From Utricularia gibba (lineage: Eukaryota; Plantae; Magnoliophyta), in assembly GCA_002189035.1 (NCBI GenBank), contig CM007989.1:1922001-1986000 (forward strand): 64,000 nucleotides of DNA. The letters are read 5' to 3'. Under the pieces are notes generated by a model. It saw nothing but the letters and a program-made list of their open reading frames with translations. It was not told where the DNA came from and did not search any database. This document shows positions 39,032 through 50,099 of this stretch, piece after piece (the stretch's first letter is position 1; every line of letters begins with the position of its first letter). The position numbers and the translations under genes were made by a program.

Positions 39032-40167
39032 GCGTTAATGGATTGAATTTCTGTTGTGAGAGAGATGACGGGGAGGGCAAAAGCGTCAAAGCACGCGAGA
39101 CAGGTAGAGAAGGCGAACGTGCATCCCCGGACGTAAAATGACATGATTCCAGTCTCCGTGGCAGTCGTGTTGACGTCCGCCTCTCTGGTCGCCACACGCC
39201 TTGTCTTACTTTCCTTATTTTCTTCCGCCATCTTGCTTCTCTGCCCCTCCACCGGATCGCGGCAATCACAGGAACCCCCTTGTTGAATTCCGTGCTCCTC
39301 CGTCCAGCCGTAAACGACCGCTCTCTGGATCCGCGAAGCTCCACTAATTGGGTTATGTAAGTCAATCAAAACCTCTCTTCCCCTGGTTTTTACGTTTCCT
39401 GTGGCATGTTTTGTTTGGGTAAATAGCATTGAATGCGGGCTGGGTGATGGGATTTGCTTGGGCAACTCGCTCCTTGTACTATATGCTTCTTATTGGAATC
39501 AGGAAAAAGGGTTTTACCCCCGATCTGTTTCGTTTTTCTAGCGTACTTGGTCGGCTTCAAAAGTGGGTCTGATTCTGGAATTTCATGTGGGGTTTTTTTT
39601 CTCCGGGTTACGATTTACTTTTGGGAGCTGAATTGACTTTCAGGAATCGGTTGTCCGTGGACACTGGGTCATGATTGACAGTTCTTGTCTTCCATGGTGT
39701 TGGGGACATTGTTTGATGCTTTGTATCCCTGTTCCGTGATTATGACCTTGCTTTTTCAATGGATGTTATTAGGTTTCGTGAAATTTGTAAAGTTTTTAAA
39801 TAAGATATGTAGTGATTATGCCAATGGACCATGATTTCTTTTGATTCAATGTCTGCTCCTGCCCCAACTCTGCTTTTCATTCTACTTGGGAAGATGCAAC
39901 TTCTTTTTTTTCATTCGTGGTTCTTCTTTTGTTTGTTTACAAGGTAAATCTTAGGTACTTGAGAATGCTGTTGCTATTCACTCAGTTAGTTTCTGATTGA
40001 CCATAATTGTGCATATTCATTCTAAGGACCTTCTGAGCTCAGCACATAGGTGCCTGCGCTTCACCCTTATCAAGGATAAAAGTTTATCCATCAGCTGGGA
40101 TCACTATGATCCTAAAATCACTTTAGCCCCTGATTTTATGTAATATCTTGCTGAGTCCTGTCTGCAG

Positions 40168-40940
40168 GGACAAGTCTAGGAAGAAGAATCACGGGAAGAC
40201 CCCAACGAGATTACCCAAATCCGAGAGAGAGAAGAAGAAGCGGGAACATTTGAATGAAAATTTTCTTGCTTTAGCAAACTGTCTAGGTAACTTTCTCTCA
40301 TTACTTGTGTGGTTTTGAATCCTGGTAGGTCTCTTGTTGAGAGCTCCATTATGAAATGGGATGTTTTTTTTTCAGAAGTATCTGATCAGAACAATGGAAA
40401 GGCTGCTTTGTTGATTGAAGCCACTCGTTTTATGAAGGACATTCTATCTCAGATTGAATCTCTTAAAAAAAAACGCTGCACTTCTCTCTGAGTTCCATTA
40501 CGTAAGCCCCCTTTGGATGCTCCCCGGCTCCTGATTCTTTGTTCTGTTTATGATATTGGATCCGTTCTCACCTTGTCTGTGTTACATCTTCTGAAGATAA
40601 CCTCTGAGAGGGACGAGCTAAGGGATGACAATACGATGCTGGAGTCTCAAGTCGCCGAGCTTCAGAAAGAGATAAAGGCCCGGGGCTCTCTGCAGCTTGA
40701 CCTGAATGCAACTCCTCCTCCTGAGGCTACCAGTACTCCATTGGCACCCCCACGATGGGAGATTTGCAATCCCACTGTCAAGCCATGGATTCCTTCCAGG
40801 CCACCGCTTTCTGCCCAACGGTACAAGTCTCCCATCAAGGATCTCATGCCCAGGAACTCAACCCCAGGCACATACTGAAGCCGCACCCCCGGTATCCTAC
40901 TCCAGCTGATCAGTGGACATCCCTCGTTCTTGAGAAGTAG
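40168..40940 (+). CDS. PYE: bHLH subgroup IVb factor, POPEYE/bHLH47-like; N-terminal exon not resolved; two apparent frameshifts
   Basis: Motifs: basic/helix 1 KSEREKKKREHLNENFLALANCL, QNNGKAALLIEATRFMKD, zipper-like ERDELRDDNTMLESQVAELQKEI, EAR-like LDLN..P, and C-terminal KPHPRYPTPADQW. The frame breaks at A9 (40465-40473) and C5 (40747-40751). Confidence 0.82.
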
Positions 40941-41981
40941 TCCATGGCCAGAGCAACGAAGTTGTTTAATGGGTTCGCTGCTACCTCTCTTTCTAGGTTA
41001 GTGTTTGCAAGATGATGGAGCGTCGATTGTTTTCAGTATAGAATTGGAACCCGCAGCATCTGAATCGGAGGCTAGGATGGTACTTCCGTTACTGCCATGT
41101 GAGGGAAGCACATGGCCGCCATAGATCTTCAACTTCGCGGCAGCCCGAGTCTAAGCGCCTACGGCGGCGGGGGATGATCAGCGGGAGGATCGTTGGAAGC
41201 GGTTTGAAATCCCGTAATAAAACACTGATTTTCGGCGTGGAAATCACCTAAAGTCTAAACAATTGAAAAAATAAATAGAAGTTAAAAAATTATTATTATT
41301 TATTAAAATGAAATAAATTCAATAAAATTAATCGAAATATTCCCAAGGTATTTTGTCCGAAATCAGTTTTGTTTTTGAATGGGGCGAAAAAGACCCCAAG
41401 CCCTAGAGCCAGCCTCCCAAGCCCAATAATTATAACTGCGGCCCAGTGAGAATTTGATTGTCTTGACTGTTGCTTGATTTGGGAATCGTCTGATTTCAAC
41501 ATGCTTGTTTCACCGTGGATGGTCCGAATGCAGCTGTTCATGCGAATTGATCGCCGAGGTTGAGTGGAGCCTCGCGTTGATAGAGTTGATGTGTCCCCTT
41601 TCGATTCGGCCATTTTAGCTACGAAACAAACTGAGGTTTGATGCGGCGTTCAATTCGTTGTGATTGGTTTTTATGATCTCTGTATTCATTGAACTTTTAT
41701 TTTGCCTCCATTGCAGTGGTTTGGGGTTTTCCTTAGGCTCTGAGTACGTGTTCGATGATTTAGTTGCGCCCCTCTTCTAGCTTTCCTTGGGTGTAATTAA
41801 CCCCATGCTTGTCCCTCATCTTTGATTACCGCCCCCCCCCCCCCCTTCTCGGGATTGGTTATGTTCTGCTTTTATTATGCCATGTATTTACAAGTTTTAG
41901 AGTGGTCCTCATCTGTTTTTCTTGCTGTTCAGGTATTTTGGTTGGAGCAGAAGTTGGAACCCATAATCAGGTGGCTCGAAG

Positions 41982-43184
41982 ATGGTTCTGGTGTTAGCCT
42001 TAGGGGATCTCCACATACCCCACAGGGCGCCTGATCTACCTGCAAAGTTCAAATCAATGCTTGTACCCGGAAAAATTCAGCATGTCATTTGTACAGGAAA
42101 TCTATCCACGAAAGTATGTATCTTGTGTCTAGGATTCTTTGTTCCTGCACTTGTTTATTGTTATTTTGTGGGTGTTCCTTTTTATTTTTCTATCTGGTAA
42201 AGTTACTTTTTGAATATTTGGATCCCGGTCAACGTGATGATTATATATACTGTAGGAAACTGAATGTTTTTGGTGCTCTTTATTAGAATCTAAGAATGAC
42301 GCTATGAGAAATTGGTTGCATGTCAGTGAGAAGTAACTGAAATCCACTTCACATGTGATCATATTAGACTCTTGGGCCACGCATCATGTAAATGGTCAGG
42401 GAAACGTCAAAATTGTTGAAGAATACCGGTTTCTTGGGATTTTTCAGATCATGTTTTTTTTATTGCACTTTGATGTATGAAATACTGTAAAGCTGGTTGA
42501 TTTTTTGAGGTATCATGCTTGTAGGAAGTTCACGACTACTTAAAAACTGTTTGCCCTGACTTACACATCACTCGTGGTGAGTATGATGAAGAGCCACGTT
42601 ATCCTGATACAAAAACATTAACTATTGGCCAGTTTAAGCTTGGGGTTTGCCATGGCCATCAGGTACGGGTCTATTGTCAGTTACCTGCATGATGACAGGA
42701 TTTTTCTTAGCCGTTGGGTTTTTTTATTTTTTTTCATCAGCACAATAGTGCCTTTTTCAATTGTTTGCATCCGTATGGATACAAAAGAGCCTTCATCTCA
42801 CCTGCACTTGTCAAATTCTAGTTACAAGTATTATACCATTCCCTTTTTGTCTGTAGTTTTCCCCTCATTGAATGTGGTCTTATCTTTGGAGAAGGTTATT
42901 CCGTGGGAGATTTGGATTCTTTGGCAATGCTTCAGAGGCAGTTGGATGTAGACATTCTTGTTACAGGTCACACGCACCAGTTCACAGCATACAAACACGA
43001 GGCTGGGGTAGTCATAAATCCAGGCTCTGCTACTGGTGCCTTCAGCAGCATCACTTATGATGTCAATCCAAGCTTTGTTCTCATGGACATCGATGGTCTG
43101 CGTGTTGTGGTATACGTGTACGAACTCATCGATGGAGAAGTGAAAGTTGACAAAATTGACTTCAAGAAGACAACAGTAACTTAA
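41982..43184 (+). CDS. VPS29: Retromer subunit VPS29, 3 coding exons; one apparent frameshift at 42905-42907
   Basis: Motifs: [39 protein letters not shown]|[34 protein letters not shown]. Confidence 0.96.
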
Positions 43185-43688
43185 CAAACTGCTGCAGAAG
43201 CATTGGATCTGCTGATTACGAATCTTCATCAGGGAGTTTGATCACGTCAGGGACAGTAACGGTGAACTCTGGATCTTGTGTCTTTCCTTTGGTGAATTTG
43301 ATGTCGTACATTGTTTATGCAATATGTTTTAGTCCGAATGCCAATCAACTTCAAGAGATTTTGAACTTAGTTCTGCTGGATGTGTCATAGAAGATGATGT
43401 TTCTGTTGGATCATATTTTTGTGCCCCAAGATGCGAAACATCAAATCTAATCGCATGCATTAGGAGACTGAAACAAAGAGAGAGCGAACGGTATAGATAT
43501 GGTGCCAGAGCAAGAATAGTGGAGTTACACTTGGAATTTTCTTCACTGATTTTCACTATGGACTGCGTACATAACTGATGATACTTGTGCTATTATCTAC
43601 TATTTTACAAAGAATCATGCAAACGGGTGTAACCTCTACAATCGAACAGACTCACACGGTTTTGAGCATCTTCTTCAGCTCCATGGAG

Positions 43689-45059
43689 TCAGAATCTGAA
43701 ACGTTGCTTCAAGTAGGATACAATTTCTTGCTGCATCAGTTTAAAACAGTGTTATTGGGATGCAGCAGAGGAACCGCTTTCATTGTGTAACTGGAAAAAC
43801 AAGCTTACTAATAAAATAAGGACGATGCAACCAGCGGCTCCTGGAAAAAATGCATACCAGAACTTCAAAGGGTGGAGTTTAACTCCGTCAATGAAGAGAA
43901 GCGACAAGCCTGCAGCTGAGGTAGATGAAATAGAATCACCATCAAGGTGAAGCTCAATGCGCTTCATTAGAATAAAAGGTATAGAAGCTGAGTTCCATTG
44001 ATACCTACCTGGTGGATGCACAGCTCTCATCAAAATCATGAAGGCTAATGAAGAGGCAAGGGCTATGCTCTTAGCTAGCCATCCATACCCAAACATCATG
44101 AACGATGAAACTCCAAGTGATGCACAGCCAACTTGTGCAACAAACATGTTGTACTTCTGCAGATGGATGAAGATTTGGTGAATCAATGGCTTCCTAGTAG
44201 CAACAGCGGAGTAACGATACATGTTGTTTAGGATGCACTGTGAACTATATAGCGAAGTGAATGTTTACAACTCTGCCAACTACAAGATCATGGGAAAAAC
44301 TCATAAACCGGTGCTTCTAGATATAAAATCTCAAGTGTGCTGTAAAATGAATTGGAATAAGGCGCAGCCCATTCAAGATGAACAGAAATTTCCTACAGTC
44401 TTGTAAGGCACGAACTTTGCATCATAAAATGCTACAAAAAAGATTTTACGAGGGAAAACCAGATAAGGAACAATCTGCAATAGGATAGCAGGTAGCAGGG
44501 AATGATAAGGTGCATACTCTAGCACTAGGAGAAGTTGGAGCCGTAAATAAAACCGCACACACCGCTCCCAGAGGAGCAATTGATATTGATATGCCTTTCG
44601 GTGCCAAAATCTGATCAATCTTTCCAAGTAACGCCATTGCAACAAAGGCTCCTGATAATTTGGAGAACATGAAGAGAAGAGAATACACATATCACAAAAA
44701 CAAGATTACAAAAAGTCGCCTTTTTAGGGAGTTATTACTAGAAAGTTGTTAGTCCCTGTCTTGTTAAAAGTTCGTTCTCAAAGAAGTAAAGAATACTAAC
44801 CCGCAGAAGGCCAGAAAACATCACTAAGTGAAGGAGCTTCGGAGCCCTTTTCAGGGGCCCAATTCTCCCAGGCAGTGGCGGCACAGGCACAGAACTGCCT
44901 ACTTCTGGGCTCCCAAAATCTCCGGCTCAAATAGAGACCATTTCTTCCTCTATGCATCCCGGGTTTTCTAGTCACCCGAAAAGAAGATGCATCAGATGCA
45001 TCGAGTGGAAACGGCGGCAAGAAAATGCGATAAAACTGCGCTTGGAGTTGCAGAGGCAT
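43689..45059 (-). CDS. HPP-family integral membrane protein (plastid nitrite transporter NITR2-like), 5 exons
   Basis: Transit-like N-terminus, then WENWAPEK..APSLSDVFWPSAG, APLGAVCAVLF, KYNMFVAQVGCA, the signature AVHPPAAGL and a last exon QEIVSYLKQRFRF* (stop at 43689-43691). The start codon is tentative. Confidence 0.88.
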
Positions 45060-45506
45060 CGCAGGAAGAATACCTGGCTACGAATGCCTGCCGCAGAATC
45101 GAATTCCGGGCCAAGATGTTTTCTGGGGGGTCTGGAATATGGAATCTTTAGAGGTGTGACGAAGACCCATCGAAGAAAGGCCGCCATTTGTTCTTCTGTG
45201 GCTGGAAAACATAAAGGAAAGTTTATCACAATATTCAAAACGTCAACAAAACAAATGCCGTGCGACAAAAGACCTTTTACAGGGCTATTTTTGGTAATAT
45301 ATGTTAATTGGGGTTTAAAAAAATGGGCTTTAAATTTAGCTATAGAATAAAAAATAAAGTAATTTATCTATCCTCCAGTTCCTCGCGGCTTTTGAGTCCC
45401 AATCACGAACAGCGCACGTTGTCTTCCAAATCGAAAGTTATCGGAGGAAAAATATCTCCGGCGGCGGGCCGAGGCTGAGGGCGGAAGTGGTGGGAAACTG
45501 TAGACA

Positions 45507-48500
45507 ATGGGGAAGTCGAACAAGGGGGGCAAGACCACCAAGGGGGGTAAAACCATGAACCCTACGGACGCTTACCGTAAGGAGCTTCGAAAAAAGGAAT
45601 TGAAGCGGGTAAGCCTTTGTTTCTTCTCGATTTTCATGGAAGCCTGTTGGTTTGTCGTTTGTGTTTTGATGGGATGCAATTGTTTTCGTATTGGGGACTT
45701 GGATACAGGGATTGTATGTTTTTCTCAGTTTCGTCATTCTTTATTGGAATTATTTGGGCATTTTTCGGGGGGTTTTGATGGAGGAGTTTTGCTACTCTCG
45801 AATGAAGTAGTTGGAATTGTATGGGAATGGGTGTTCTTGGCCTTCTTGTATTTTCGATCAAGGGAATGTTGGTTTACAGAACAAGAAGGAGAGGAAGAAG
45901 GTCAGGGAAGTGGGAATCTTGAAAAAGGACCCGGAGACGTTGAGGGATCAGATTTCGAAGCTGGAAGCCATGAGTAAGTTCAAAGTAAATTTTCTTGAAA
46001 TTAATTCGATAAATTTGGAATCATGAAGGTTGTAAGATTATCCTTTCTGGCAATAAATTACTTTTTTTTTCTGATTTGTGTGCTCCAAATGTAAACGCGG
46101 GCTCTTTTTGTTCAATTTCTATGATTAATAAAATCATACTTGTTATTAGCTTATCTGGAAACGCGAAGCTGTTAAGTGTGCCGACAGCTGTTCGCGACAG
46201 TGTTCCTGTTTTCAACTGCATTACATGTTTCTAGTATTAGTATTAGCCTATTATGTGATGGCTGGTTTTCAAGAAGCATGATTCACCCAGTTGATGCTCA
46301 TCTTATTAGTGCGGAATTGCTTTTTTCACTCTTTGTAAAATATCTTGATGCTTACAGAGGCTGATGGTGCACTGGACAAAGCCAGGAAACACAAAAAAAG
46401 GCAACTTGAGGACACCCTTAATCTTGTCCTTAAGAAAAGGAAGGTAGGTAGTTTCTAATTTTAAGCAAGTTTTCCTGTTGAGCTATTTTCATTGTGGGGG
46501 ATTTTATTTTTCCCCGCAATACTTCATTTTACTGCTATGTTGCTTTATTTAAAGATCGTCTTTAGTGTTTTAGCATTGTTTATTTAGGGGTGGGGATGGA
46601 ATCTTAATGATGGCTTCAGGCATTAGATCATGTTGAATTGGGTTTTCTGCCTAGTAAGAAATAGTTATCGGGAGGCCCATCTTCATGCTCATACGACTGT
46701 AGATGCACAAGGAGAGTTCTGCTATTTCTTATTCTACTTCATTCCCATCATCGGTACTTGCATGTCTAGACTATTTGGTCTGTAGATTAGGTTTATTTAA
46801 CTAGTTTATGGGTAGTAAATAATTGGTTTTTAAGAATAAAGCAATGATTCCGAGACAGCATTTTGACTTTGAAGTTCCCAAGTAGTAAAATGCATAAGTG
46901 TATATAATTCTATTTTAACTGCATCATCATCATGTAAAGTTAGGTGATCTAGGCAGCTGCATGCTTAACAAAAAAATTCCGTTGTTAACCTAATATGTTT
47001 TCCATTCATAGGAGTACGAAGAAAAAATGAAAGAAAAAGGTGAAACACCAGTTATGTTCAGGTTAGTGCGTCTTTCTTTTAATACATTTCGTGTTAAGTG
47101 TAGTAAGAGTAATTTAAAATGGTATGCCTTGACAATCTTTCATTGTGGTCCCTTTCTTTCATGCTGCAGTCATTTAGGACCAGTTCGAAAACATGCTACC
47201 GCAGAAGATGAAGAGCGAAGCAAAAATCCTAAACCTGAAGTACGTTCTCTCTTTCTAATATTGATCATATTATCTGAACTTGAGCTGCCTGTGGCTTGAT
47301 GCAGGACTCTGTCTACTACCACCCTACTCTTAATCCTTCTGGTGCTCCCCCACCTGGAAAGCCCCCAATGTTTAAATCTTCAGTAGGTACGTGTTTCATG
47401 TTCCTTTCTATATTGTGTCACTATGCATCGTTTGAAGCTGGTTTCTCCATTGCTAGTCCGTCATACTATTTATATGCATTGATGCAGGACCAAAAATACC
47501 TTTACCAGAAGCCTCATCAAGTAACGCAGGATCATCTTCAGTAATTGAATCCGAGGATGGAACATTTTTTGTTCCACCATTCGTAACTCCACCTCCGTTG
47601 CCTCCCATGGGTTCAGATTCTGGAGATTTTATTTTTCCTGAATCATTGCCCTCACTGCCGGCTGTACCTGCCAATGAAGTTACTGCACCAGCGTTGCCCC
47701 ACCGCCACCTCCTCCACCAGGTCCACCCCCAAAAGAACTGCTTGCTTTTCATACTCAGTTTCCTCGGCCTTCAACAGTCTACCAGTCTATGCAACCACCC
47801 CACCTTGGTGTGGCTGGAGCTGAGGAGGCCCCAAATCCTGATGATGTGATCCCGATGGATTCTGTTCAGGTACATTTCAGCATATCTCATGAAGGCTACG
47901 TATCCAGTTTTTGAAAAACGTCGATCATTGCCAAGAAAGTTTTTTTATTATATTTGCTGCTGCCTTAAAGACCAAGAATCATAACCTGTTTTGAATTAAA
48001 TGCACTCTAAATATTTTCTGATCTTGTGGTTTTACTCCAGACGCTGAATCACCTTCCTCCTCCACCACCACCACCAGTTGGATCACCTACCAGTGTGGAT
48101 AAAAATCACCTGGATGGTTCATCTTCCGAGGCAACTAACCAGCTTCATGCTGATGAAAAGGATGCTATAAAAGCGGTGCCACCACCACCACCTCCTGCCC
48201 CACGACAACCATTAAACCAACAACCACACATGCCTGGAGGCGCCGTGGGGTTGACTTTGCTTCCAGATTTAGTACCTCGGGGAGTTCCTCGATTTCCACC
48301 ACCACCACCTCCAAATGAAATGATGCCTCTATTATCTGCTCCTGGGATTACAGGGCAATCTATCCCCCTGAGGCCATGGTCCCCTTATACATGAGACCGC
48401 CTTTTGGTCCTCCTCCTGGGTATATGTTGAGGCCACCACTACCCCCCGGGCCACCTCCGCTGCCGCCGCCACCTTTTCATCAAGATGAATTGATGGCCAG

Positions 48501-48905
48501 ACCACCACCATCAATCCCTCTGAAACCATCGTATGTGAAGTCAGCAGCACCAACAGTTGTAAAAAGGCCTCTGGCTCAGCATACTCCAGAATTAACAGCC
48601 ATGGTGAGTTTTGTTTGTTTTATATTGGCATAGTAGATGCATATAAAACTGGAATCCGTCAAACCCGTGTCTGCTGCTGCATCTTATAGGTTCCAGCTTC
48701 TGTGCGCGTCAGGCGAGAGTCTGCACAGGGTAAACCAAAACCCAAGTCATCGAGCACCTTGCCCGCCGGCCAACCTTCAGTTGCTGCACCTCCTACGAAG
48801 CAGGAGACACCCGCTTCATCCTTAACCCAAAAACCACCAAGCATCGATGATTCCTACATGGCTTTCCTGAAGGACATGAAGGCACTGGGCGCCCTGGATA
48901 GCTGA
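45507..48905 (+). CDS. ELF5: WW-domain-binding protein 11 / EARLY FLOWERING 5-like splicing-associated proline-rich protein; two apparent frameshifts
   Basis: Motifs: [136 protein letters not shown]. The frame breaks at 47697-47700 and 48364-48368. Confidence 0.93.
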
Positions 48906-50099
48906 AGGAATAAAACGAAGAGACAATGGGGCTACATTGAATTTCTAATCTCGAGTGGCAGCTGCTGTGCTGTGTTCATTCACAAGGTGTTGTCACGTTC
49001 TCTTGTGCCTGCCTGCCTGCCTGCCTTCTCAAAACACTGTACGTCTTAGATGTTGGTATACTGTTTTCTTATTTAACCTTGCAGTTTTATTATAGTGGAT
49101 AGCAAACTACAAATGCAGAAATAAAGTTTTTAGTAATATTACTATTAGTTTATAATAATTTACTATGATAATTTATATTTGACGTGTTTCCTTCTATTCA
49201 GAGCAATTGCTTCATTGTAATTATTATAATTCATTTATGTTATTTTATTTAATGTAAAAGACTAATTTTGCATTCTAAGTTGTTTTTGAAAAAGGTCTCT
49301 AGGGTTCGGCATAGTGTATAATGAAATCTTGTTATTGCATTTGGTGTTATTAATGTTATAAGGTTGAGAATTATATTTTAAATTTAGTATAAAATAGTTT
49401 TTATTAATTAATATAATTTAACATATATAATATTAAAATTGCCTACAAATATATGTTAAAAATTAAATATAATATTTGACTTCAATAAAATCTTGTTTTA
49501 ATAATACGTAAGAGGTGCTTGTTGCTCCCTCCGTTTTCTTTTTTTATTGGGCGACGACGGTATTTCTATATTTATGTAAAAAAAAAAAAAAAAAAAAAAA
49601 ACTTGCAGGCGGCCGAAGTGCAGGGCGTTAAGACGTCGTCGTTTTATTTCTCCGGAAAAAGGAAAGACAAATCAACGGATTTTACCCGAAAATTTCACTC
49701 CCCCAAACCCGAAGCTAACAGCGCTTTTCGATTCTCCTTTTTTTTGCCCCTTCAAGAATTCCAGTTCTCCTTCAATTTTTCCCTCTGTTTTGTCCTTTCT
49801 TGCCTTTTGCTAGGGAGCGAAGACGGTGGACTAGTCCCGGGGCGTTTGAAATCCATTTGCTGTTTTGCTGGGTTTTGATTCCCGACGATGTTCTCTCCAG
49901 TTCTGTTCTTTTGATCTGCTGTCAGTATTTTTTGTGCTGCTGCTATTTCACTTTTTTTGTGGAAGGAAAAGTCCCAGCTTGTTCACCCATTTGGTTTGAA
50001 CAGGAAAGGCAGTTCCTTTTATGGTGGGCTGCGTAAATGCAAGCTCTTGATACCCGATTTGGCGAGACTCTGGACGCTTAGGTCATTGATCAGTCCGTT

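Noticed and set aside
23603-48905. TOC1 and ELF5 (clock/flowering genes) as a functional cluster
   Set aside because: They are ~19 kb apart with seven unrelated genes between them; conserved synteny is a sufficient explanation.
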